From the NCBI GenBank assembly GCA_963675755.2, contig CAXXMD010000003.1:672001-736000 (forward strand): a stretch of 64,000 nt of DNA, in the 5' to 3' direction. The translations under genes were made by a program, and so were the position numbers. How positions within the stretch are numbered: position 1 is the first letter of the stretch; each line of letters opens with the position of its first letter. Below the pieces are notes generated by a model that did no database searches, was not told the DNA's origin, and was given only the letters and a program-made list of their open reading frames with translations. Of this stretch, positions 1 through 10,683 are shown piece after piece. The stretch is from a bacterium (GTDB lineage: Bacteria; Zhuqueibacterota; Zhuqueibacteria; Residuimicrobiales; Krinioviventaceae).

Positions 1-3000
1 TTTATCTTTTCTCATCTTTCCATGAGGATACACCAGACTTTCAGGTGCGTTCAGATATAATTGATACCCCTGACCGGGGACCATTTCACCGATATCATTT
101 ATATTATATAATGGGATATATACCTGACCAAAATTATTTTTCGCTATTACCAGATGGTCTGCTATACTTGCCAATGCCGTAGCAGCATTCAAGGGAAGCG
201 TTGGCAGGTAACTGACCATTGACCAGCCCGCATTCAATAAAATAGATGTACCGGGATCTATCCAGGCGCCACAGAATTCTAATGATGCATTTTGGTTCAA
301 ATAAATCTGATAACCCTGATCAAATGCGATATCGCCTATATCATTAATATTATATTGGGGTATAAAGGTTTGACCCGTTCCTGATTTGATCAGTACAATC
401 TGATCAACTATGGGTTCCATACAAACGCCTATATCCGGATCTTCAGGTTCCACATTTATGGAGAACATATTCCAGCCGCTTGCAAAATCCACACTCATAC
501 AAAAACCTTCAATTACATCAAATTTATTCAAAACCATAAACGCATTTGCAGAATACATTCCAGTTCCCGTTTCGTATCCAACGGAAACAGTGCCCCATTC
601 AGCATTGGCATCCAATCGTAAAACCCGGTAATAAATACGTTCCCCGGCTTGAAATCCATCAACAATCCCGGGAGTTTGCTCATTGTCTCCCCAGACAGTA
701 ATGGATAGATTCTCACCCTGCCATTGTTTCCAGCCACAACATAATGCCGAGGGAGTGAATACTCCAATATAATCTCCATTCTGCAGCGGCTCGCCGTCAA
801 TATTGGGATTAGCCGTAAGAGGCAGCACAACTGTAGCATAATTCCCTGTATTTGCTGAAAACTGCCAATGGTCTGGCAAGGTCATGCTTTGTTTGGCAAT
901 TGAAACTGAAACATTTGCATTCCCGCCATTAGATGTAACGGCTAATATGCCGTCATCACTCTCGCCCGCCAATTGATCACGATCTACATTAACAGTTACT
1001 GTAGCAGTATTGCTGCCGGAAGAAGGAGATATATTGGTTATCCAGGCTTTTTCAGGATTTTCAACAACATCCCAACTCAAAGTACCATTACCACTATTAC
1101 TAATTTCAAAAGTCATACTCGAGTTATCAAGGCCAAAATCCAGTTCCAAGGGTGTAACACTGAGAACCGGATTTTCTTCAACAACTCCGGTACCAGACAT
1201 TTTCACCTGATAAGGATTCTCATCGGGATCATTACTAATAACATCTATTCTTAAATATTTTGTGCCTGCACTGGTTGGTGAAAAACGTACAACCAGCTGC
1301 TCTGTTGCTCCGGGTGCCAGTGTATTACTTTCACCTCCACTGGTAACACTGAATTGTGTTATATCACCAGTTACCTGAACATCGGAAATATTTAAACTGG
1401 CATCACCTTCATTTTTTATGGTAAATTCTTTATCTGCAAAACCTCCCACACTAATTGAACCATAATCCCAGTCATCCGGAATCACAACAATATCAGGCTC
1501 TGTAGTTTCATCTTCACCGGCAGTCATTAAAACTCCAAAGCTAAAAGGAGCCGTGCCCCATGAATAAATATTGGGTGTAATGGCATCCAGCTTTGTTGCT
1601 TCCTGCGGCCAAAAAGCATTATAATACATGGGATCATAATCATAAACAAAAACAAGAATCCCGATTTTGTATTCTTTTGTTGTCTGCAAAGGACTGGATG
1701 ACATATCGATTCGGGTTTCATACTGAACGTGACCGGAGGCAATGGATATACCCGGGGTAACGCCAGCAGGATCAATAATATTGGTTTCCAGTTTAATGTC
1801 ATCAGGCCAGTAACCATATCGCCCGCCGTATACACTAAAAGCTTTTCCTTCATCTTTATCCCAGGCTGTCCAAATAAATCCTTCTCCGCTAGGACTCAGT
1901 GAAGGCCATTCCTGGTCAAAATTCTCGTCGAAAATAAAAGCAAACTGGTCCAGATCTTCCAGGCTGTTGTCAGTCACATCATCCACTGCCAGATAGAGGT
2001 ATTGTTTATCATTCATAACATATAGAATAATATCCTTGGCGCTTCCGGGATACGCAATATTGGTTTTTATGGCGTTAGCCCACTCGTCCAACTTTATCAA
2101 TCCATCAATATTGGGAGTTTTATCAGCCCAACCGGCCTCTATGGTATAGCCATCAGTCAGTGGTGTAGCATTCGCTATATTTGAGAAACCGCTCTCTCCG
2201 CTATCATATACTGCTGTTATCTTGTAATAAAACGTTTGAACTCTGGATACAGATTCATCCAGGTAATATTGTCGTGACACATTACTGGCTATTTTAGTAT
2301 ATGACCCACCCGATGTTTCACTCCGGTAAACATTATACCCTTTTAATGCGGTAACAACAGGCAATTCTATTTGGCGATTTTCAGGCTGTTCCAGTAACAT
2401 GGATTGCAGAATACTGGTATAGCCGGGTATGGATTTTTGCTGCCTGAACATAACAGCATCTGCCTGAGGAGGATGAATTTCATGGATTTGTTTATTCACA
2501 GAAACAGGTCGTCTTGCCTCAGCCGGCTCGTTCCAGGCAAGCGGTACCCGTCCATGATATCCGCTGAGAGCAACCAGATCGTTAGGCGGATTTTCTTCGG
2601 GAGTTGTTGCACCTTCATAGGTAACAGATCGCACAAATGAAATTGCATTATCATGCGTTGCACCGGTTGCATTACAGTAATGGATATCTGCCCATTGCAA
2701 ACTGGTAGAATATGTGTCATAGAATGCATAGCGTAAAGTACTGCGATCGAACCCTACAAGTGCCACCCAGTGATCTCCACTACGATCTTCATCAGTATCA
2801 ATGGTTAAAAAAATGGTAACACCCGCGCTCAATTTATCTTCCACAAAATCACAAAAGTCACTTGCGTCAATATCCCATGTACCATCAGAGTAATTCCGCC
2901 AGAAATACCCGTCGTTCAGCCACGAATCTCCAAATGCACCATAATCGTTCAACCAATCTGAAGCACTCGAGTTTGGATCATAGGAAGGAGAAGCATGTAC

Positions 3001-3408
3001 AACCACCTTTACCTGAAAACCCCTGTCAGTGGCATAATTCTCCAAACCGGGCTCAATGTTATATACCGAACCAAATCCATTACTGCCGGTATTCATGTAC
3101 TGGCTGCCATGTAATACCCAAGCGGTATTTAATCCTTCATCCACACCAACAACAGGATTGGTCAACAGTCCATTTACAGTTAAACTGTTTATATGATCAA
3201 AATACCCGAAAATCATGGCACCCGTTGTGGGTCCGCAGCCTACAAACGCATTACTCTGTTTGTAAGCAGTCGTGTTGTACGGATAGGCTGGAAAATCTGA
3301 AAAATTGCTAATGTAAACAGGCGCAGCCATTAAAGAAACAGTCAGAAAACAAAAAATTGATAAAACCATCAGGGATTTATCCCTGTAACGCTTTAACAGA
3401 CTATTCAT
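1..3408 (-). CDS. Large secreted papain-like (C10/C39-like) cysteine peptidase with FN3-, CBM9/DOMON-, Ig(ASH)- and BACON-like modules; 3' end lies outside the window
   Basis: Not in the ORF track (no stop inside the window). Manual translation from ATG 3408: MNSLLKRYRDKSLMVLSIFCFLTVSLMAAP...VGCGPTTGAMIFGY...GDHWVALVGFD...YDTY...PPNDLVALSGYHGRVPLAW...GWNMFSINVEP...GWSMVSYLP. The same frame is coding-like at position 1; I did not check every codon. Confidence 0.8.
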   Translation of the reverse strand, partial: MNSLLKRYRDKSLMVLSIFCFLTVSLMAAPVYISNFSDFPAYPYNTTAYKQSNAFVGCGPTTGAMIFGYFDHINSLTVNGLLTNPVVGVDEGLNTAWVLHGSQYMNTGSNGFGSVYNIEPGLENYATDRGFQVKVVVHASPSYDPNSSASDWLNDYGAFGDSWLNDGYFWRNYSDGTWDIDASDFCDFVEDKLSAGVTIFLTIDTDEDRSGDHWVALVGFDRSTLRYAFYDTYSTSLQWADIHYCNATGATHDNAISFVRSVTYEGATTPEENPPNDLVALSGYHGRVPLAWNEPAEARRPVSVNKQIHEIHPPQADAVMFRQQKSIPGYTSILQSMLLEQPENRQIELPVVTALKGYNVYRSETSGGSYTKIASNVSRQYYLDESVSRVQTFYYKITAVYDSGESGFSNIANATPLTDGYTIEAGWADKTPNIDGLIKLDEWANAIKTNIAYPGSAKDIILYVMNDKQYLYLAVDDVTDNSLEDLDQFAFIFDENFDQEWPSLSPSGEGFIWTAWDKDEGKAFSVYGGRYGYWPDDIKLETNIIDPAGVTPGISIASGHVQYETRIDMSSSPLQTTKEYKIGILVFVYDYDPMYYNAFWPQEATKLDAITPNIYSWGTAPFSFGVLMTAGEDETTEPDIVVIPDDWDYGSISVGGFADKEFTIKNEGDASLNISDVQVTGDITQFSVTSGGESNTLAPGATEQLVVRFSPTSAGTKYLRIDVISNDPDENPYQVKMSGTGVVEENPVLSVTPLELDFGLDNSSMTFEISNSGNGTLSWDVVENPEKAWITNISPSSGSNTATVTVNVDRDQLAGESDDGILAVTSNGGNANVSVSIAKQSMTLPDHWQFSANTGNYATVVLPLTANPNIDGEPLQNGDYIGVFTPSALCCGWKQWQGENLSITVWGDNEQTPGIVDGFQAGERIYYRVLRLDANAEWGTVSVGYETGTGMYSANAFMVLNKFDVIEGFCMSVDFASGWNMFSINVEPEDPDIGVCMEPIVDQIVLIKSGTGQTFIPQYNINDIGDIAFDQGYQIYLNQNASLEFCGAWIDPGTSILLNAGWSMVSYLPTLPLNAATALASIADHLVIAKNNFGQVYIPLYNINDIGEMVPGQGYQLYLNAPESLVYPHGKMRKDK

Positions 3409-3964
3409 TTTGCTATCCCTCAAATTTTAATAGATAATCAAAATCATGTAAAATCTTAACTTTTCATATTGAGACTGTAAGGAATCGTAATTCTGGCTGC
3501 ATGAAGAAATGAAAGAATACTGCATCGAAAGGATTACAAGAGGACACTAGCGTTTTAGATACCAGTCTATTTAATTTAACAAACCTATATTATTTTATAT
3601 TCATCATTCATAATAATCGTGATCAATTTCTTTGAAATATATGTACAATAGGTATACTGTCTCCCTGGCTTGCAACATTCCCACCACCCGGAGGTTTTGG
3701 ATATGAAATGAACAAATTAAAACTGCTAAAACAATTTCAACACATAAAATTTCATTCTTTAGAAAAAATTATGTTTTCAATAAACCATGAATAAAGGAAT
3801 GTTAATTAAAACTTGCATGTTACAACAACTATATCAACTATAATAGTTTTTTGAAAAAAGTAAAGGAAACAATTTAAAAAAATATTATCTCAAAAACTGA
3901 ATCTCATTCATGCCAGATAGAAATCTTTTCTTTATCTCTACTGATTACAGTTAAATAATCACAC

Positions 3965-5359
3965 TTGAAATTAGGATTAATTTTGAATAGCGAAATTTTA
4001 AATAATAATATTATATCTAATGCATTACTTGATTTCATTCCTGCGGGAGTGATGATAATTGATGAAAAACAAAAAATCAGGTATGTCAACTCACAATTAA
4101 CTGAAATATTCGGGATAAAAAACAAAGATTTCTCATTGAACAAGCTGGATAATTCTTTAAAATGTATAAATTTTTCAAGTGACTTTGGAACCTGTGACAA
4201 ATTAGATATTTGTAAAATATGTAGTTTGCTAAAACCTAATATTGCCTTGATGAATACAAAACAAAAAAACACATCACACATTGTTTTGTATAATGGTGAT
4301 AACACAATTAATAAAGAATTACTGATAACGTCAAAAACATTGAGAATGGAAAGTGAAACGTTTGCATTGGTAATGGTTGAAGATGTTTCTAAAGTATCAC
4401 ATCTCAGACAACAATTGCATAAAAATAACGAAAATATGGGTATATGGGGCAATGATCCACAAATTATTGAATTGTGTAAAACTATAAAGTTACTGGCACA
4501 GGTAAACTTTCCTGTTTTAATATATGAAGAAAGCGGAACAGGCAAGGAACTCGTTGCCAGAGCAATTCATAATCAGGGATTAGGAAAACAAAAACCATTT
4601 ATTCCTGTAAATTGTGGTGCCATTCCAGATACGCTATTGGAAAGCGAACTATTTGGTTATGTAAAAGGAGCCTTTACCGGTGCATTACATGACAGAAAAG
4701 GACGATTTGCTATTGCTGACGGTGGTACACTTTTCCTTGATGAAATTGGAGATATATCTCCTTCAATGCAGGTAAAGCTGCTGCGAGTGATTCAGGAAGG
4801 AACCTTTGAACGGCTGGGGGATGAAAAAACTCAATCTGTTAAAATCCGAATCATTTGTGCCACGAATAAAGATCTGAAAAAAGAAATAGAAATGGCACGT
4901 TTCAGACAGGATCTCTATTACCGGATTAATGTATTTCCGGTAACAATTCCTCCTTTACGGGACAGGAAAAACGATATCCCGATTATTTCAAATTATTTAA
5001 TAAACATGTTATCAACTTTTAACAATAAAAAGCCAGGTATTTCAACTGATGCTTTAAAATGTCTGATGGAATTTGATTGGCCGGGAAATATCAGAGAATT
5101 GGAAAATGCTTTAAAATATGCAATAGTCAATTGCCACGGGGATGAAATACTTTTGAACCATCTACCCGATAATATAATAGAAAACATGCCAGGTTTATCA
5201 AAGAATAGAAAACGTACAAGAAAACGGAAATTAGATAAAACAGACGTTTTAAATGCCCTTGAAGAAATGCAATGGAACAAATTAGCCACAGCTAAAAGAC
5301 TGAGGGTATCAAGAGCTACTTTATACCGTTTTATTGATTATCATGATATTAATAAATAA
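3965..5359 (+). CDS. Sigma54-dependent enhancer-binding protein (Cys-rich PAS + AAA+ + Fis-type HTH)
   Basis: [41 protein letters not shown] and C-terminal SRATLYR. Walker A reads EESGTGKE. Start codon uncertain (TTG). Confidence 0.93.
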   Translation: MKLGLILNSEILNNNIISNALLDFIPAGVMIIDEKQKIRYVNSQLTEIFGIKNKDFSLNKLDNSLKCINFSSDFGTCDKLDICKICSLLKPNIALMNTKQKNTSHIVLYNGDNTINKELLITSKTLRMESETFALVMVEDVSKVSHLRQQLHKNNENMGIWGNDPQIIELCKTIKLLAQVNFPVLIYEESGTGKELVARAIHNQGLGKQKPFIPVNCGAIPDTLLESELFGYVKGAFTGALHDRKGRFAIADGGTLFLDEIGDISPSMQVKLLRVIQEGTFERLGDEKTQSVKIRIICATNKDLKKEIEMARFRQDLYYRINVFPVTIPPLRDRKNDIPIISNYLINMLSTFNNKKPGISTDALKCLMEFDWPGNIRELENALKYAIVNCHGDEILLNHLPDNIIENMPGLSKNRKRTRKRKLDKTDVLNALEEMQWNKLATAKRLRVSRATLYRFIDYHDINK

Positions 5360-5470
5360 AACATGACAATCATTATTTCCTCGAATATAGATATAATCCT
5401 TTTGGTAAAAACCATTCATCATAAAAAAAATATAATAAAAAAACATTGGGTTAACTTTTCTGCAAAACAT

Positions 5471-5509
5471 AAAAAAACCTCTCTCACAATTTAAAATCAG
5501 GAGAGAGGT
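5471..5509 (-). terminator. Intrinsic terminator of the 5653-6012 gene (between convergent genes)
   Basis: ACCTCTCTC...GAGAGAGGT inverted repeat with adjacent A7 (U-tract on the minus strand). Confidence 0.65.
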
Positions 5510-5652
5510 CGCTTGATACATAAAAACATTGTAATAGATTCCAACTAGTAAATTTTTATTTTCCCACATTTAAAGAACAGATTGATTGATTATCAAAATT
5601 ACAGTTAATCGCTACATCTGAAATCAATAACCAATCTTGTACAATTCTTTGG

Positions 5653-6012
5653 CTATGCCAATAAAGTATGAGAATGAACTTTAAATTGTTTATCATACAT
5701 TGAGATGTTCAGCAACTGAAATTTTCCGAAAAATTTCTTGATATTATCAATTTTAATCAAATCAAAACCTGGCTTTTGATACTTTGTATCTTTTTTGGGT
5801 AAAGTAATATTGCCTTGATTGTTTTGGTCAACTTTTTCATATCTTAATGTTCTAGTATCCGTTTTGTACAAATTTTTCTTCACAGTTTCAGATACCTGGG
5901 ACTTTTGCTTATATGTTTTATGCTGTTTTGATGTAACACCTGATGCATAACCAGTTGTCATAAAGCACAATACAAATGCAAATACAATTAAACCGATTAA
6001 ATTTGTTTTCAT
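5653..6012 (-). CDS. Small Lys-rich secreted hypothetical protein
   Basis: Signal peptide MKTNLIGLIVFAFVLCFMTTGYA; GGAGG SD upstream. Confidence 0.75.
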   Translation of the reverse strand: MKTNLIGLIVFAFVLCFMTTGYASGVTSKQHKTYKQKSQVSETVKKNLYKTDTRTLRYEKVDQNNQGNITLPKKDTKYQKPGFDLIKIDNIKKFFGKFQLLNISMYDKQFKVHSHTLLA

Positions 6013-6060
6013 GATTACCTCCGTTTATGTTAGATTAACTGCCTTTTAATACCTCAATAG

Positions 6061-6075
6061 TCAATAGTCATGCCA
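6061..6075 (-). promoter_or_regulatory. Sigma54 -24/-12 promoter
   Basis: Minus strand TGGCATGACTATTGA (GG-N10-GA), about 50 nt upstream of the ATG; nearly identical to 7043-7057. Confidence 0.7.
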
Positions 6076-6455
6076 GATAATACTCTGAACACACAACAAC
6101 CTTTCTAGATCATAAAACAAATAAAAACAGTGTATTAAACGGATTCGCAAATTCGAACATAAAAAGGCAGTTGTGTCAATTAAAAAAATTAATGATACAG
6201 TAAATGATACATTCCAAAAATTTATAAAGAGACATAAATTTATAGATTCAAGTTTAAAATCTCAGCATGTGTTCTGAGGTTTTTAAAAAGCAGATATACT
6301 CCCAGTTAGAGCGAAATTTATCACGTATTTATTTTGGATGAGTAGGTGATTATTATTCAATTGTACAAAAAAATATGCTTATAATTACGCAGGATCAATT
6401 TTTAAATCACAGTTTAATAAATAAACATCTTTATGATAAACAGATTATATCCCCT

Positions 6456-6508
6456 AAAAAAAATCCTTTCTCCCGTAATCGATTTGGGAGAAAGGATTTT
6501 CATTTTTT
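6456..6508 (-). terminator. Intrinsic terminator of the 6517-6993 gene
   Basis: AAAATCCTTTCTCCC...GGGAGAAAGGATTTT stem with A/T tracts on both sides. Confidence 0.75.
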
Positions 6509-6516
6509 CATTTATT

Positions 6517-6993
6517 TTATTCCAAGGATGTTAATGTTGTAAAAACTCCACTGTCTTTATCATATTGTATATTGGCCCAGAATTCAGTATGAATAATATG
6601 GTCCACCTTTTCAAAAAAGATTTCAGGCTCTTCAATATTAATAGTAAGGTTCATTTCTGAAACAAATCTATCATCGCTCAAATATGCCAATGCTAAAAAT
6701 GCATGTGTACGAATCATCAATTGGGGATCATTCATAGACATTTTACCCAGTTTCTTTTTAAATGTATCCAAATCAGTTTCAGGATGTAGGGATTTGATCC
6801 TTACAATTTGGTAAATTGCATCATTCCTGAGACCAAGGTTATCTTTGTTATTCAGGTTTTCCTTTGCAGAATTCAACGCCATAGTAATACGTTTCTCAAG
6901 TTCGGGAGAATATTTTGTTTTTTCTTTAGCATATCCGGTTGCCAGGAATACAATAGATATGAGAAAAGAAACAATAATCTTTCGAGTTTTCAT
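6517..6993 (-). CDS. Small secreted helical (HEAT-like) hypothetical protein
   Basis: Signal peptide MKTRKIIVSFLISIVFLATGYA; AAGGAG SD; HEAT-like LRNDAIYQI and NDPQLMIRTHAFLAL segments. Confidence 0.8.
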   Translation of the reverse strand: MKTRKIIVSFLISIVFLATGYAKEKTKYSPELEKRITMALNSAKENLNNKDNLGLRNDAIYQIVRIKSLHPETDLDTFKKKLGKMSMNDPQLMIRTHAFLALAYLSDDRFVSEMNLTINIEEPEIFFEKVDHIIHTEFWANIQYDKDSGVFTTLTSLE

Positions 6994-7042
6994 GATAAGC
7001 TCCTTTTATATTCATTAAATTTTGATGTCATTATATTGTAAA

Positions 7043-7057
7043 TCAATAGTCATACCA
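7043..7057 (-). promoter_or_regulatory. Sigma54 -24/-12 promoter
   Basis: Minus strand TGGTATGACTATTGA, about 50 nt upstream of the ATG. Confidence 0.68.
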
Positions 7058-7456
7058 AAAGAAAATCCTGCCACCCCAAAACCCAAGACAGGCATAACGT
7101 CAATAAAAATAGAATATTAAACAAGGGTAAGAGATCAATCAACTTTGCTTGTGTAACAAAAAAATAAAATTTATGAAACACTTAACAAGACAGTTAAAAA
7201 GACACTAATTGAGACATTTTTATTGAGACCGGAAAGTATTTAAAAATTTCAAGTGTCTTGATAAATATTCAAGTGAATAAAAAATAATATGGTAGGTTTT
7301 AAGTAGATAATAATATCAAAAATCAGCAACAATAAACCGCCCAACTACTGAATCAAAGTACATTTACCCCTTTTACCACCTCCGGGAGGTCGATTGAAAT
7401 ATAAGTATATAGATAAAGAATCCCGCGTCACTGGGCCAATTTTCAAACAAAGTTAA

Positions 7457-8596
7457 TTATTCATCAGAATTGGGGCACCAGGATAGGGACCATTTATAAC
7501 ACCCGTCAAAAGTCATCTGTTTGATATTCGATCCATCTGAATCCATTATGTAAATATCCAAAATGCGGTTTCCGAATGTACCCGAATCACGAATAAACGC
7601 AATTTTCTCTCCAAGGGGCGAAAATACAGCCTCCCGGACATTTTCAACCAAAAACTCTATCTTGCCGGTAATACGATTTTGCACAAATAGATTTCCGCTG
7701 TCTTTTCCTTTTTCCAATTCAGTGTATAAAAACTTTTTCTTGTCACGAGAAAGATTGAGAAATGGTCTCCGCTTTTCATCTTCTTTTGACAAAAAAACAA
7801 TTTCCCTATCTTTAACTAAATAGTACCCTATACGTTCTCTTTTTTCTTCAACATCAAAGGGCCGAAAACACGCCAAAAGGGTATCTGAATTTATCCATTG
7901 TTGACAAATGAATTCCCATTTCGGATAATAATAAAGATCCCGATATATTTTTAGCTGTTTTCCAAGAGTGTCTGTAGAACACAAAACACCGGGTGCTGTC
8001 CTGATACCATAGGGAAGCTGTCGTTTAAATGAAATCAAGTTTTCGTCAAACCAAACCGGGGACATGTTTGAACAGTGTTTCCTTTCAAGATCATCATACG
8101 GACTGTTCCAGGTACCTTCTTTTTTGTATTCCATTCCCATATTATAAACGCTTTGCCTGAGTGTCTTTTCCAGCATTTGTTCTTTTCCCTTTCTGAAATC
8201 GTAAATATATAAATAATCAGAAAAGTTTGATCTTCTTTGGTTGTTGCGATAAGAATATTTTTCCAAACTTCTCGAAGAATTAAAAAGGATACGATGTCCT
8301 TTAGGGGACCAGGAAACGGCACGATAACTAAATTTATCATGGGTCAACTGATACTGACTACCTGTTTGCGAATGCAAAAGATAAATATCATGACTTGTTT
8401 TTCCTGGTTTCTCTTTATTCTCAACATACATGACATAAGCAATCATATTTCGGGTATCACGAATCTCTTTATTAAAATCACCCTTTCCAAAATGAGTTTG
8501 TCTGGCATAAAATAAAAGTATGCCGACGCTTGAAATAATAGCTAGAATAAATCGACCAATTTCCTCTAGAGGGTCTTTTACTTTAACTTTATGCAT
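7457..8596 (-). CDS. TolB-like PD40 beta-propeller protein with N-terminal membrane anchor
   Basis: SWSPKGHRILFNS, FSPLGEKIAF, DIYIMDSDGSNIKQMT repeats. Confidence 0.8.
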   Translation of the reverse strand: MHKVKVKDPLEEIGRFILAIISSVGILLFYARQTHFGKGDFNKEIRDTRNMIAYVMYVENKEKPGKTSHDIYLLHSQTGSQYQLTHDKFSYRAVSWSPKGHRILFNSSRSLEKYSYRNNQRRSNFSDYLYIYDFRKGKEQMLEKTLRQSVYNMGMEYKKEGTWNSPYDDLERKHCSNMSPVWFDENLISFKRQLPYGIRTAPGVLCSTDTLGKQLKIYRDLYYYPKWEFICQQWINSDTLLACFRPFDVEEKRERIGYYLVKDREIVFLSKEDEKRRPFLNLSRDKKKFLYTELEKGKDSGNLFVQNRITGKIEFLVENVREAVFSPLGEKIAFIRDSGTFGNRILDIYIMDSDGSNIKQMTFDGCYKWSLSWCPNSDE

Positions 8597-8826
8597 AGCA
8601 TTAATTCCCTATTTGGGGTAATGTAATACCCCAAACCTTTCATTTTAAAATTCTATCTATTTTCAACGACTTGAGTATCGGCAACAAAGCTTTAATAATT
8701 TTAATCACCCTAGCTAAAAAGTATAAACCCCTGAATAATATTTATTCAACTGTTGGAAAACATCCATATCTCCTGAAGGTCCTGATCTCCGGATAGTCTA
8801 TTTAAATATTGGAATCGGATAAAAAA

Positions 8827-10191
8827 TCAACTGTTGAACAAAATACCCTGAATTTCTTTTGGATCGACCTTTCTCACATCAACCCGGTTGCGATGCGCCA
8901 GGCCCGCGGCCACTCCGGCACCGGCTCCGATTGCCATGGCAATCTGCTGTACCCGATAAGAACTGTGTGCCTGGTGGCTGCCGCTGATACACCGTCCCGC
9001 GGTCAGCAGTCCCGTAAAATCCTTGGGGATCAGACATTCCAGGGGGATGTCGTAAGGAAGCGGGTTGGGGTCCCGACCAAAGGGATTTTCCTTGCTCTGG
9101 CCTGTGGCTTGTCCCACACCATTGGGATTGTGGATATCCAGAATAAAATGAGCATCTTTGACAACCGCGGATTCCCATTTTCTACCGGACAATAAATCCT
9201 CAGCGGTTAAATAGGCTTCTCCCAGAATCCGTCGGGTTTCTCTTACACCAACAATTGCCGGCATGCCATTGATATAGGCATTTTCAAATCCCGGTGCGTA
9301 TTTTCTCAAAAACGCGATCACCTTTTGCGCCTGTCTGCGCCCCTCTATTTCCGCATAGGTCAAATCTTTTATTTGGGTTCCGTCCTTACCATTGATCTGG
9401 GTTGCATTGATCACCCGCTCGTCTTTACGGATAGACAGATAGGTTCGCACCTTGCCCACAGTGGGCGGAAGCTCGCCCTTGTCATAAAGTTCTTTACAAA
9501 CCTGGTCCCAACTGCGGCCATCTGCAAATCTGTATTTACTTCTGCCACCTTGGGCTTCCATGCTTTTGTCATGGTCCACCCCACCTACGCGGAATTGTAT
9601 GGTCATGGGCTGTAAAAGGCCATCGGCCTCCCATGATGGTCCAGCATCCCGGCCTTTTTCAAATGCTGCTCCAGCATGGTAGGCAATGTCCCCGTCTCCG
9701 GTGGCATCAATGGTTATATCGGCATAGATATCGATCGCCCCTTCTTTGGAAAAGGTCCGCACGCCCACAACCTTTTTATTTTTCAGCAGCGGTTCCTGTA
9801 CCCAGGTATGCAGTAAAAAGGATGCGTTCGCCTCCTCCAACATATCGGCATAGGTCAGATCAATACATTCGTAATTTACAAAACGCCCGCCCTGCCGTTC
9901 AAGAAACTCTTTTACAAACGGACTGCCGGACTTGCCCATCAACGGACCCACCATGGCCTGTACTGCCATACCGCCCAGCCTGCCATAGCGCTCCAGCAGC
10001 AAAACATTCAGTCCCATCCTGCCTGCCATTACCGCTGCCGCAATACCAGAAGGGCCGCCACCGCAAACCACAATATCCGTTTTGATGGTTCGTGCGGGTT
10101 GCGTCTGTACGCTCTGAGCATTTGCGGACTCGAGCAGCATTCCACCCGCCAGCATAGCAGATGAAGATTTAAAAAAGGACCTGCGTTTCAT
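8827..10191 (-). CDS. Tat-exported FAD-dependent oxidoreductase
   Basis: Likely start MKRRSFFKSS (twin-Arg); DIVVCGGGPSG, IDATGDGD, VRETRRI, AGRCISG motifs. Confidence 0.9.
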   Translation of the reverse strand: MKRRSFFKSSSAMLAGGMLLESANAQSVQTQPARTIKTDIVVCGGGPSGIAAAVMAGRMGLNVLLLERYGRLGGMAVQAMVGPLMGKSGSPFVKEFLERQGGRFVNYECIDLTYADMLEEANASFLLHTWVQEPLLKNKKVVGVRTFSKEGAIDIYADITIDATGDGDIAYHAGAAFEKGRDAGPSWEADGLLQPMTIQFRVGGVDHDKSMEAQGGRSKYRFADGRSWDQVCKELYDKGELPPTVGKVRTYLSIRKDERVINATQINGKDGTQIKDLTYAEIEGRRQAQKVIAFLRKYAPGFENAYINGMPAIVGVRETRRILGEAYLTAEDLLSGRKWESAVVKDAHFILDIHNPNGVGQATGQSKENPFGRDPNPLPYDIPLECLIPKDFTGLLTAGRCISGSHQAHSSYRVQQIAMAIGAGAGVAAGLAHRNRVDVRKVDPKEIQGILFNS

Positions 10192-10509
10192 TGAATTCCT
10201 CTCAAATTTGTATCCCGACCAATTATCCCAAACGAGAAGCGTTTCCCACGGAATCAACGCTACAAAGCATCATAACAAGAATAAGGCAAAAAAGCAAATG
10301 GTTTAACCGTATGGGGGTTTTTGAGGGATGAAATGTAAGAGGCACATTGTATTGAATAGTCAGCTCAACTCCCATTAGACGCCATACTTGACAATGCTTT
10401 TCCATTTTTTTATATTTGTTAACCAGATCACCTCCCGGAGGTCCCGGGCCCCCCGGATTCCTGTTGAAAAAACAAACAATCTCCTTACCAAATTTTATTT
10501 GGTAAGGAA

Positions 10510-10630
10510 CGTTGGCTCCAAGCTGTGCTTGGAGAGAATAGCACAAAACGCAAAACATTAATTTGCATACATTCGCGAAGCAGAGCTTCGCACAACAGTT
10601 CCGTCCCAAATAGGAATTTGGGACGGAGAA
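10510..10630. repeat. REP-like cluster of three hairpins
   Basis: CTCCAAGC-tgt-GCTTGGAG, GCGAAGC-aga-GCTTCGC and TCCGTCCCAAAT-agga-ATTTGGGACGGA, all intergenic. Confidence 0.65.
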
Positions 10631-10683
10631 TTTATAGCGATTTAAGGTAAACAATCTTAGAAAAGTGGGGTTCCCAAAATCTA

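Noticed and set aside
3900-3920. Sigma54 promoter for the protease (TGGCATGAATGAGAT, minus strand)
   Set aside because: The -24 half matches but the -12 element does not, and it is about 500 nt from the start.
410-4545. Short ORFs of the track such as 528-839, 1527-1853, 2862-3311 and 3904-4545
   Set aside because: Off-frame or antisense shadows of the large protease and activator genes; the same holds for most short ORFs overlapping long CDSs elsewhere.
5364-5380. Extra copy of the nif operator (TGACAATCATTATTTCC)
   Set aside because: Has a 3-nt insertion and lies at a gene 3' end with no promoter context.
10223-10654. 143-aa ORF (also 12466-12678 and 13223-13741)
   Set aside because: These frames run through REP hairpins or antisense to real genes and have no protein-like motifs.
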